In this document: piece by piece, positions 29,711 through 41,539 of the stretch
Layout: each line of letters begins with the position of its first letter
Numbering within the stretch: the stretch's first letter is position 1
Assembly (NCBI GenBank): GCA_017499595.2
Contig: CM038998.1
Coordinates: 744,001 to 808,000, forward strand
Direction: 5' to 3'
Source of the DNA: Psilocybe cubensis
Taxonomy: Eukaryota
Length of the DNA stretch: 64,000 bases
Program-made: the position numbers and the translations under genes
The notes under the pieces: model-generated
What the model was told of the DNA's origin: nothing
The model's database searches: none
The model's input: the letters and a program-made list of their open reading frames with translations, nothing else

Positions 29711-32587
29711 TCAAAACTTCCCCCCACCCATCCCCTCCCGTCCCCTAACAATCCCCCCCAAAACCTCCCTATAACTCCCACTCGTCTCCCCCCTCACCCG
29801 TCCCTCCAACCCCTTCCTATACCTCCTCGCATAAGCCTCCTTCACCCCCTCCAACCGCCTCCCATCCCAATGCGCTCTCACCAGCCTATATATCAGCTGC
29901 GCGTCTCGCGTCCCGAGACCCGCCATGCTTTTTTCGAGGAGTTTCGCGTCGCGCCAGAAACCGTGCCCGTCGCGTTTGGATTTGACGCCGTGCAGGATGT
30001 AGAGGAGTGCTTCGCGGATTGTGCTGGAGCTGTGTGGTGGGAGGGGTGGGTGGGTGGGGTGGGAGGGAGGGATAGGGGTAAGAGTGGGTGAGTGGGTTGA
30101 TGGGATGAAGCAGTGAAGAAGGGACCTACGTTTCTTTTTTAATCACCTTACTCAAACTCTTATATTCCCTATTATAATTATCGATCCTATCACATCATAT
30201 CCAATAAGCAAAAACCGTGCAAAGAAAAGACAAAGACAAAGAAAACGAAAAAGAAAACGAAAAAAAAATAAAAAGAAAATAGAGACTCACACAGCAGCGA
30301 TATGCAAATCCGAGCGATTGATGAATATCTCAAACAGCACAACCTGCAAAGTAAAGCAAAGTAACACCGTCAGTGATATCGTTCTTCTATCTTACCATCC
30401 CCATCCCCATCCGCGCAGCAACCGGGCAACCGGGCAGCACCAAACGCGCGACGCGCAACGCGCAACAACAAACTCGCAACGCCCGACAAACGTGCAACGC
30501 TCAACACAAACGCGGAACTCGCAACAAACCCGCAACCCGCAACCCGCAGGTAAAAAAAAAAACGCGCAACGCCCAACAAAGAACGAAAAACATAACAAAA
30601 AACATAACAAAAACGCAACAAAAACACAACCAAACTCACCTCCCACCCCTTCTGCTTCCTCTTAACAGCCTCATGCAGCCGCTTCGCATCCAGCACGACG
30701 CTCGGGTCGTCTTTCGTCGGCGGGGTGTACGGGTTGGTGGGTTTTTGAGCTGCGAGTGCCATATTGAACACTGTATGAGAAAAAGAAAGGATGATGATGA
30801 TGGATCGTCAGTTTTTGAAAAAGAAAAAAAAAAAGAAAAATTTGAAGGAAGGGACAGGCATTTCCACATAATTCTATCCCCTCACTGATCCAAAAAAAAA
30901 AAAAAAAAAAACCAGCCAAAACCCAAAACACAAAACCCAAAACCCAAAACACAGAACCCAAACCCCAAAACACAAACCAAAACCCAAAAAAAAAAAAAAA
31001 ACCTCAAACTCACTCTCCAAAGTAGCCCCCGACAAATCGCCCCTAACCGCATCCCCCAAATCCCTCCCATACCGCACCCGATACGCCGTCTTAAGCCAGC
31101 GCACCTCAAACGCCTGACGGCCGAGGATGAGCTCGATGAGGAGCGTTTCGTCGGTGCCGAGGCCTGCGATGGCTTTTTTGGCGAGGTGTACGTCGTAGAA
31201 GAGGGGGCCGAGGGCGAGGGCGTGGATTGTTGTGCTGTGGGTGTGGGGTGGGGGAGGGGATGGAGAGGGAATGGATTGGAACAGAAGAGGAGAGGAGAGT
31301 GAGCGAGGGAATGGAAAGGGAAAAGAGGGAAGAGAAGAGGGGAACTCACGAGAAATTCCCACTTGTGCAGCGCTGCAGCTTCTCCGCGAGCGTCACGCCC
31401 GTTTTGGCGAGGCAGTAGTCGCTCAGCGCGTCCATCTGGAATATGTTCAGGGGTAACACGATATTGAGCACTATCCCCACCCAACACAAAAAAATCAGCA
31501 ACCCTCATCGCATACAAGCCGCTCAAAACCGCAGCATACACATCAACCACGCAAAAGAAAAAAAGCAACACGCACATCGTTTCTCATCGCCCACACCATC
31601 AGGCGAGATAGCGCGCACAATAGAATTATAATCATGCGCCGGGTCCCATCCATGCACCTTCTGCACGCCAAGCGGGACAGGCGGCGCTTCGGGGTTCGGG
31701 ATCGCAGCGCCCAGATAAACAAGCGGGTCCTGCGGCGCGTGCGCTGTAGGTGGTGGTGGTGGGTAGTACGGCGCGCTGCCGCCAGGGGGGAGATATGGTG
31801 CGCCTGTGCCGGCGGTGGGCATGGCGTAGGGCGCTGTGCCTGGGGGTGGAGGGCCGGTGGGTGGTGGGTATTGGCCTGTTGCGGGAGCGGGAGCGGGGGG
31901 CGCGCCAGCGCCGGCGCCGGCGGCGGGTGCACCGGGGGCGCCAGGGGCGCCAGGGGTACCAGGGGCACCTCCGGGCGGGGGCGGGTAGGATCCAGCGGGC
32001 GGTGGGTACTGGGCCGCGGGCGGAGGGTACTGGCCTGGTGGTGGAGGGTACGGGGCGTATTGGCCGGGAGCTGGGGGAGGGGGGTAATACCCGGGATATT
32101 GGGGGTATTGAGGGTAGTAGCCGCCTGGGGGTGGGGGTGGGTAGTACCCGCCTACGGGTGGCGGGCCAGCGGCGTAGGCTCCTGGAGGCGGGTAGACCGA
32201 GTATGGTTGTTGTTGCTGTTGTTGTTGACCGGAAGGAGGAGGAGGGGCGCCTGCTGGTGGTGGATACGGAGATTGTGAAGCGGGTGTTGTACTCTGGGTG
32301 TCATTGTATTGAGATAAAGATAAAGATAAAGATCGCAAGGAGTGCTGGTGAGTTACTGCGTGTCAGTGTAATCCGGATTGAACACGCACAGATTGACCAC
32401 CGGGCTTTTCAGAGCGAGAGGGGTAGATTTTAGATTGATATGTACCATCTAATTAGAGATCGACTTACAGGAGGCGGGCCCGGCGGAGGCGCCTGATAAG
32501 ATTAGCAATCAGCAACGACGGCATATACATTGTATCCACCATCCAACTCACATATCCGCCTGAAGGATTCGGAGGAGCAGAGGACAT
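29711..32587 (-). CDS. Annexin with Pro/Gly/Tyr-rich N-terminal tail (fungal annexin, ANXA7/11-like architecture), multi-exon
   Basis: MSSAPPNPSGGY|APPPGPPP|PGGQS|...YPPP repeats. Annexin repeats: GVGDEKR, AKKAIAGLGTDETLLIELILGR...YRVRYGRDLGDAVRGDLSG, DAKRLHEA, KVIKKETSSTIREAL, DAKLLEKSMAGLGTRDAQLIYRLVR...RVRGETSGSYRE. Includes 24-nt and 15-nt 5' exons. Confidence 0.93.
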
Positions 32588-32650
32588 GGGTCGTAGCAGG
32601 CAGAAGGAAATGTAGCGAAATACAAACCTTGTCGATCAATCCATCTGCCC

Positions 32651-32657
32651 TTTTATA
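32651..32657 (-). promoter_or_regulatory. TATA box of the annexin gene
   Basis: TATAAAA on the minus strand, 64 bp upstream of the ATG at 32587. Confidence 0.6.
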
Positions 32658-33823
32658 CCACTTTCATTCCGAGAGTTTGATCGATTTATGCTGATTAGTA
32701 GGGTTCGGTTCGTCGCAGCCCTGTCTTGCCCTGTCCTGTCCTGTCCTGTCCATTCTATGGGTGTCAATGCTGTGTCAAGGTTCGATATTTAATAATAATA
32801 TGCAATGCCGGTGTCGCATTTTCAAATGTGGGCGCGCATCGCAATTGCGCAGTGTTGCTCGTGCCGTTTGCGCTCAGCGTTGGCGCGGTGCGTTTTTCAT
32901 AGCGTGGCGCTGTCAGTCGTTGTCATTGATAGATAGCAGTGCGCGCGCCAAGGATAAGGGGCCCTGCCAATCATGCTGACTCATAAGATTTTGATAAAAA
33001 CAACTCAAGGCGCCAAAACATTCCCCAGCACAGAGATTCGAAAAAGAAAGGCATGAGAAGAACGTCGAATGTAACGAAAGACTTCAATGGTATTCTATGC
33101 CACGTAACAGCACGCAAGTACGAGAATTGCAACTGAATGCTCTCCATAGAAAGGGGCTATACCACGTGACTCATGTCTCTGTCTTTGACGCGTTTCGTTT
33201 CGAGCAAAACATCCAACTTGAAAGCATACCTTGACTTGACCTTGACATCCTTGACGTTTTCAACATGGAAAAGCATTTGATACTACACAACCTCACAAAA
33301 AAAACAGTGTTGAGAAGGCGAATCAAACACACACAGTCAACAGGAGAGCGGAACTTCACGCGATTTGCCCGAAGGCGAAAATTGAATCCGGATCCAAGAG
33401 TGGCGGTGGCCTCTTCGACTTCGACATCTTTCCTAGACCTACACTGAGGATACACATTGAATCAACCATCTTCAAGTCCAACAGGCGGACAATTCTAGAA
33501 GTCACGAAGAATGCTCATAGGCGTTGCCCAACCCACTCCGGTGCGTTCAGCTCTCGATCTCCCTCTCCCTCTCCCAGTGTATCTTGTTCAGAGTTGGGAA
33601 ACGTTTTGTGAGATAAGAGGTAATGGATCTGGGCAGAGATGTTATACTTGATTTGAAGATTGTTGAGGATAGTGTGGGATCGTTGGGAAGTTTGCTTTTG
33701 GTATCGTATAATGCACTTGAACGAGTTAAGGGAATCTCCTCCATCGGTGAAATCAAGAACGATGCATACAGCTCGCTATCTAACGATTGTAATAAATGCT
33801 ACCCTCGGCTACCCTCAGATACG

Positions 33824-34812
33824 CTATCCTACAGCTTTCTGCTGTATATCCTTGAACTCTTCTGCGAAAATTATGTTTATAACAGCAACTTTGGGATCGA
33901 TAACATTGATGGCGGAATGTTTTGATTTCTTTATCTTACGGGGGGTACATGGCTCGTCCCAGGTACCCCAATATGAGTTCGGCTCTCTGGCAGAATCTTC
34001 TACAGGTGGTGGTAGTGGTAGATTGAAGAAGTCCCTGTTATCCCGAATATAGAATATCTTCGCTATCGTGGGCCAATCCAGACTGTATTCCAACGATGGG
34101 CCAGATAGCTCGTCTAGCATGAGCGTCTGCTTATTCAAGAGTTCAATGTAAGCGTCTTGAACCCATTTCTCGGAGTTGCACTTGCGGCCAAGGTGTATCC
34201 TCTGCAGAACACCCATTCCCTTCATTTTCTGTGATATTGCTTCGATGGCCTCGGCGCGTACCTTGAAAGAGTGACGATACCCACGAATGAATGTTCTGAG
34301 AATGTCTTATGCACGATGGGAAAAGTGACTGACCTCCGTAAAATGCCAAAGGGTTGCCAGAGCCAAGGCTCCGATCCACACTTTCAATTCCGTCACAGGT
34401 GGCTGCCCTCTACTGTGTTTCAGAGAGTATAAGGATAATTAGTACGGGCTATACCAGAACACAATCATTGTGTCCACATACAGGGGGCAGAGAACTCGGA
34501 GAAATGAACGAAAGTCGTCTGCCTCAATGCCCTCCAAGTAAATTGGATATTCGTTACTAGATCCCTCCTGGATCTCAGACACTGGAGCCGGCAATGCAAA
34601 CATGTCTTTGAAAATTGTTTCCTCCAGATCAAAGGCCTGCTTGGGAACTCGGAAGACTGTATTTTCGACCTTCGATGAATCGAGTTATACAGCGTTGAGA
34701 AGGGTGAGAATTCAGATAGGAATCTTACCCTGAAAGAGACAAGATCCAGGTTGTACAAAGAATCGGGGACTGGTGGAGGTCGCTCCTGAATTTCTGCGTT
34801 TGTGGGATGCAT
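33824..34812 (-). CDS. Agaricomycete-type BTB/POZ domain protein (copy 1), 4 exons
   Basis: MHPTNAE...LVSFR|VENTVFRVPK..F....IFKDMFALP...EGSSNEYPIYLEGIEADDFRSFLRVLCP|...WIGALALATLWHFTE|VRAEAI...QRIHLGRKC..EKWVQDAYIEL, the typical mushroom BTB family signature. Confidence 0.88.
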
Positions 34813-35058
34813 GAATGAATGGTCTTGAATGTAGTTCAATGCAGAATCGAGTAATGAGGTTTGTGGGCGCTTAAATATTGACACATGACCATTATCGATG
34901 CCACGAGGCACCAAATCCAGCATGAGCATGCCTCGTCGACGGTCATTACATTAAGGGCGATACATGAGCTTCGGGCATGCAATATCAAAGCTTTTAAATT
35001 ATTAGAGTGAAATTCAGTTGTAAAGTCAATTGTATGTCAATTTTAAGTCTCCACTTTA

Positions 35059-35999
35059 TTACTCCGCCTGATTGAAGTGAAAAACTGTATTTACTATCAT
35101 GGAGGGGCTGGGAAACTCGCATGTAGTTCTTCTACTAACAGCACACCTTCGACAAGCGATCTTGCTTCCATACCCAATGCCACATTTCTCTCGTATATAA
35201 AAAAATTTTGAGATTGTCTCCCAATCCAGGGGGTATGCTGGATCTTGAGATAGCTCGTCTAAAGTGAGATCTTCCTTTTCTACGAGTTCGATATAGGCAT
35301 CTGGGAGCCAACTTTCGATATCGTATTTGCGGGCGAGTTGAATTTTTCGTAAAGCATTCTTCGTGCCTACTAATTCAGTCGTTAGTACAGCTATTGCCTC
35401 ATCTCGTATCTGTAAGATGGACGTTTGATAGAGAAAGAATCATAGGTAAGTGAATGTTTAAACGAAGGAAGCACAAGAAACATTGAACGCTGACCTCTGT
35501 AAACTGCCATTTAGTGGCAAGATCCAAGATACCCTCCCATTTCCCAATGTCGGTCATCGGCGACTGTTTTCTACTGTATCTGTATACAGCGGCACAGCTG
35601 ATAGTTAATTCCAGCTTATCGGCCTCAGAGATACGAAACATACGTTGGATAGATAAATCGCAAGAAAGAACGGAAGTCATCTGCCTTTATTTGTTCTAAG
35701 CAAATAGGGTTGTCGTTGCTCAGGCCCTCTGTACTCTGACTTGGGGGCGGTAAAGTGAACATTTCATCAAAGGGTGTCCCAGGTACTTTTAAACCGTATT
35801 TAGGCACCCGAAAGATAGTGTTTTCGACCTATTCTCGCGACATAGCTGGCTTAGACCAAAATTTATGAGGAAGAGTTGTATGTGGTAGTACCTGGAAGGA
35901 GACAAGCTCCATATTGAACTCGTCATCAACAACCGGAGGCTCCAAGATTGATTCATTGCCTGGTTCGCTATTGTTTGGGCAAAGGATGGAGGAGTCCAT
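35059..35999 (-). CDS. Agaricomycete-type BTB/POZ domain protein (copy 2), 4 exons
   Basis: MDSSILCP...LVSFQ|VENTIFRVPK...FDEMFTLPPP..EGLSNDNPICLEQIKADDFRSFLRFIYP|...WEGILDLATKWQFTE|IRDEAI...RKIQLARKYDIESWLPDAYIELV...LDWETISKFFYIRE...QAE*. Same intron positions as copy 1. Confidence 0.88.
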
Positions 36000-37038
36000 G
36001 TTTTGTGAAGGGAGGCAGAGGGACTTGATATAGTGGTGGTTGTGGACCAAGGTGTTAATTCCAACGAGAAGGTGCATCTGGCTCTTTGTTAAGACGAGGA
36101 ACGGGCGCTTATTGTCGTTATCGATGCCATGAGGTATCTGATTCTATCTGATTCCTGAAGACCGTGTTCCGACATGTCTCATTCATCTTCCAGAAACTTG
36201 GTCGATTGGGTTTCCTTTCTATCATTAGCATGGAAGACAAGACTGAAGGTATCGTCGTTTCCATAATACTTGACTCTTAATTAGGTTTATATTCCGTCCT
36301 AAAAGCCCTATCCACTCTCCAGATAATACACATGTGGCAAACTTTGGTTTCCCGATTTCTAACCCCTCTATGACAAAAATGAATTTCATAATTTTGAAGC
36401 GAGCTTTGGTTGAAATGAGACTTTGACCTGTTAGTTGACCGCCAGTGACTACTACTAAGATTAGTTTGATTACTTGATGATTAGTACTATTGGACGCAGT
36501 AATCACATGTGATAGAATGTAACAATGCCGCAATAACGAATAGAGAGTTCAGTCCTTTTCTTATGGTTCTGCCTCTATCCAATTTACTCGAGACTCCAAT
36601 AATGTTTGAGAACAGGTAATTATAAATGACCGCAACGCGGGGAAGGGCATTATAGCAACGGTGCACGTGGTTGCTTGACAACATGCAACCGTGTTAGGGG
36701 AATAAACACCCCCATGGTGGGTTTCGCTCCCCATCTGGTGTTGAACACCGCTGAGCAATTTTCTCTCTTTGTTTCCTGTCCTCGTATGCTCTACCCCTCC
36801 TTATCATTCCAGTAAAATCTGCCGAAAATTAGAAGTTGTCATTTCAGGGACTAGAATAATTGTAAGTGTTCCACGTTTACATTGAATTGCATCAGGAGAT
36901 ACCACGAGGGTGGTTTGTATATGAATGTTTGATCACCTGTGTTGATACGCCTTTCGCCCGCTCTCGCTCTTCTCTGTCCGCACGCTACCTTTTTACGACC
37001 GTACACGACCCTCCCCACCCTTTACCAGCACCCAGATC

Positions 37039-38772
37039 ATGGTGAAGTTCGGGGACTTCGAGCCTCTATGCAAGGATACGCCAAGTTATCCGTGGTGTAA
37101 TCTCTTTTACCGACAGGTTCGTTTTCTTGTTTATTCTCGGCCCAGTCTGGGCAACAGTAAACGAAGGATTAATGGTACAATATTTGGGATCTACAACAGC
37201 TTCAGCGCGGTGCACCTGATGTTCTGAGAGGGCTATCCATCCCTTCCGAGTCAGCGCCTGTCGGTGTGGATCCAACCTGTGGAATTCCTCGTGTGGGCCA
37301 TGACAATTCAGTGGGCAACGTCGCCAACATTGCGGCCTGTGGATTGAGCATATTTTTTACTGCTTTCCTCATTTTTGCGTGTAACCGACGGAAAGCGGCT
37401 GTCGGTGAGTGTGTTCTCTGTAGTTCATTCGTGAATGATACCCCATGTTCGATTCCGGTCATACTGAATCGTCCTTTCACCACTAGGACGCATCGAACTG
37501 CGAACATTCCTTACCCTCTACCTGCTTACCCTACCCCTACAACTCATCACAACTGGCTCCTTCCTCGAACAGGGATCGACACCTCTCGTCGCGTTGACTG
37601 CAATTCACGCAGGCGCAGTTGTCGCGCTATTTTGGTCGTTGCTGGCCAACGCCATTGTCGCGACGCAGGTCGTGGAGGATGGTACCCTGGCTAGTTTGGT
37701 GGTGAGTCGACCATTCTCTCTGTCCCCGTTACCTCCCCAACTGTTCCTCTATCGTCGTATCTAGCCTTTCTACATTTTCACTGCTATTGCGCTCGGCGTG
37801 GGAATCTACATATCGCTCGACATCGCTCTCGGCGTAACGAACGTGATTGGTGGCCTATCCTCGCCGCCCTCAAGACTTGGGAGTATCGCTCTGTTTGTGA
37901 TCACTAGCATATGGCCAGCAGCGTGAGCAAACTCCATGACTCTAGCCTCCCCAATTTCACGATAATTTGTTCCTTTTCATTCAGATGTGCTGTTCTCTAC
38001 CTCATCATCATGTCCTACATTGTGCTGCATGTCCTCAACGAAACACGGCCCATGTGGTACTACATTCTGGCCTCGTGCCTTTTCGTGCTCTCGCAGCTAG
38101 CCTGGTTCCTCCTCGGGAGAGTGATATGCAAGGTGAGTTCTACGTTCGAGTTGTCTTCCAACGACTTTTCTACGGAACTTTCCATTCAATATGTAAATGC
38201 CGTTCGATGTTCGCCGCATTTTCATACATCACCAAAGCATCACTGACATCCGCCGTCATCGTTAATTTCCGAATCCCTTCTAACGTCCGCTAGCACACCT
38301 TTTTCTCCACTACTTTTCTTATCATAGTGCATTCTTTTCGCATCTAACGCATATACTTCTCTCTAGGGCTCAAATTCAAAGATAGACGGCTCATTCGTAG
38401 CCACAATACTGGAGTCCGCCGCCGTTGGCGTGTTATACCTCGCTTGGAAGAGCATTACAGAAGGTATGTTCACTAGTTTAGTTTTGCATCCATTTGTCCC
38501 TTTTTCGATCGTAAATTGGCTCTTGCACGTTCCGCTATGTGGTGATCGATCGATCGCTATTGGTTGATTCAACCTCGATCGTTCCTCAAACCCGAGGCTC
38601 CGTCTCTTTGACCAGTTGAGGTCGTAAATTTCCTTTTTTCAATGGCTTAACCAGGACGTCATCGCTTCTTCGTGTCCTTTTTATCATGACATTCTATCAT
38701 TGATACTAACTTTTTTTCCTTCTTCGATTAGAATCGTGGGATGACGAATACTACCCATCATACCCATCATGA
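37039..38772 (+). CDS. CHS7: Chitin synthase export chaperone (Chs7/Chs3p-export family), multi-TM
   Basis: MVKFGDFEPLC...CGIP...GNVANIAACG...RRKAAVG|RIEL..FL...AIHAG...FWSLLANAIVATQVVEDGT, LNETRPM, LGRVICK|GSNSKIDGSFVATILESAAVGVLYLAWKSITE|ESWDDEYYPSYPS*. Confidence 0.88.
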
Positions 38773-40961
38773 ACAGAATACCCCATCTTGATTCTTTGGC
38801 GTTCAGCGTCAAATCCAAGAGTAACGACCATAATCAGCCGCTATCAAAATATCAGCAACCGAATAAAATCTCAAAATCCAGAAACCCATATACTTACACT
38901 TATACATTCAACCCATGCGACATCCTGCCCTTTGCTGTTGACCGCTGTAATGCCCCTCCATTTCGCTGTCATTCTGCGACCGGTCCGCCGTCTTCGACCA
39001 CTTGTTCTTGTCATGCTTTCTTGATCTCGCTTTGTTCGCTGTACCTGTACACAATCACTCCTGCTACTTTAGCCAGGTCCAATGCAACTGGTCACCATCC
39101 TACCTGTGGAACCCACCAGTCAATTAACGAGATCATGCTGGTGTCGATGAGCCGTCTATTTCTTGCATACCCGCCTGTCCATTGGGATATTATATGTTTT
39201 TTGCATTCCAATGGTACCTCTGATGTTGAATTTATTTATTATATACACTGTGCCACACTTCGCCTTCGTTGTCTTTGATTTTTCTTTGTAATTCTCACCG
39301 CACTGTTGTTACCCCCCGCCCCTTGCGTATATTCTTAGTTATTTCTTTGTATATTTGCTCGTAGACTTGCCGCTTCTGGGCCTGTTGCATGCATGCACAT
39401 GCGTCGCGCAATTCAGATAGCGTTGCGCCCGTGTGTGGCGTAACCCACGCACCGGCCATGGGATTCAATTACCGGTGGATAACGTTCTTGCGTTTGTACA
39501 CGGAGCGGCGTTCTTGCTTTCTTATTTCTGTACGTTGTGTTCTCACTCTTTTTTTGTGGCTTCGCTGCCAGCTGACGGGTCCTTGGCCTTCACGAATCAC
39601 CAAGCACAGCCGCTGATTTATCTTTCTTTGTTTTAATTTGCTTTTTTATCTACTTTGTACTGGTAATGACGGCCAATGGGCACAGCAGGTATTATTGTTG
39701 TATATTGGGAGTTGTCTACTGTACTGTCGTAGTCAAATACTACAAGTATACTTGGATTCTCCCATCACAGTGGTACCCGGTTAGGCGTTTGCTTGAAGAA
39801 TGGACGAGTTGGTATGTATTGTGTCACTGGTCAAAAATTGGGCGCAAAACGGGCGCTCAGGTACCAATACTCTGATGTGGTCTTCTTCGTTATGGATAAA
39901 AACTTTCATGTCTGACCGTTCACTGAGGGAGTAACTGCAATCACGTCTAAATGAGAATAAGCGACAGTTGATGGCTTGTTTCTGAGTCTCAACTAATGAT
40001 AATCTTATGTTTAAAAGTCTATATATTGACATCTGACAATGCAAGGGAGTATCTCGAGGTGTTTCATGAAGGTGGCACTCCTTGATATTATTCCATGAAA
40101 TAACCAGTGTGAATCGAAATTAAAACTGAGCTTTGTGGAGATTGAAATTTACGACTCGGATCACTTCGATCACTTCTTCACTGCCACTGGGCGCTCAAAT
40201 CTATGTCATGGGGGTGCTGATAAAGCAATCTGAGCGGACCTTTACCGATTTTTGTCAAGTGTGGCGCATTATTGACATAACAGGAACATAAAAATGCATT
40301 GACTACTGTTCCATTCTTGCTTTCCGACCATCAACAACTTTTGCGCGTTGGCGCCCGTCTCGCTTTGCTTTCCCCTCAGACTTTACATTCTTTGATTGCC
40401 TGATCCTTGATATCTGAGGCGTCTTCGCTTGGAATCTGACAACTCAAGCACGAGGCTCTACCAACTGTAATGACCGTCGTCCTAAACAGCATCTTGTTTA
40501 AATGCCGACAACAGTAGCGGCCGTGCAGCTGCACATGGCTCATTTTGCTATACATACTACGAGTAGGGCAATCTATATACTCCACCAGGAAGGTGCTCTT
40601 AATTTACGGCATGTCTAAGCCGATAGCAAGCAAAAAGGCCTGGTTCCACATTCCAGTTACTCCTCCCAAGGATACGGCGATGACACGTGACAAACCAATT
40701 CAATCAGTAGCGTTTACCCAGTTCCGAATCACAATGTGGCGGCGGCCCACAATTCTCGATAGAGATAGCGGATGTCATAATACATGCGGGGTTCTTCTCA
40801 TAAAAGAGCCTTCTTATTTTACAGATCAAGTCTTCTCTCTTGGGCTGCCACAGTGATTATCGCTTCCCAACTCGGGCTCCAGTCATCTCACCGTCTCGAC
40901 AACGCTCCAACTTGAAGCATCTGAACGCGGTTCCGAGATTTCAGGAGCACCAGCTTCAACA

Positions 40962-41539
40962 ATGCCAGCGTATATTCCACAATCATTTGAGCAATATGAA
41001 AAGATTGTGAGATATGACGGCTTTTTTGACATTTCTTAATAATTTGTTTACTCCGACCACCAGCTCAGATCCAGGCCTCTCATCGTCGTGTGCTTTTATG
41101 TAACATGGTCCGAGCCGTGCACAAGGTTTCTGCCAGTATACGAGGCCTGCTCCAACAACATGGAGTACTCTATGTTCGATTTCTACAAAGTGGACTGCGA
41201 CTATGAACCCATGATCAAAAATTATCCTGAAGGCCGTTCACACGAGAACTCCATTGCCACAGTGAGCTTTTGGTCTCGTTGGTCACTGGAATACAAATAA
41301 ATATTTTCCTTTGTCTTTACAGATTCCAGTATGCTACGTATTTAAGAACGGAGTAAAGGTTGACCAAGAAATTGGAACGCATGGTTTACCTGTAGGCCGC
41401 TCTTCAGTCATCCGTTTCGGTTACCTTGCTAAGTAATTTTTGTCTTTTATAGAGCTTACTAACAAGAAACATTCCGAGGGCTGCCCCAGCACATCGCCAA
41501 CCAGAACATATATTTTATCATGCAAGCATGCCTCGTTAG
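40962..41539 (+). CDS. Thioredoxin-fold protein with atypical WSEPC (SxxC) active site, 4 exons
   Basis: MPAYIPQSFEQYEKI|LRSRPLIVVCFYVTWSEPCTRFLPVYEACS...FDFYKVDCD...IAT|IPVCYVFKNGVKVDQEIG..|SLL...* follows the thioredoxin pattern (VVDFxATWCGPC; FYKVDVD; cis-Pro; FKNG.KV). All introns are GT-AG, phase 0. 3' end less certain. Confidence 0.75.
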
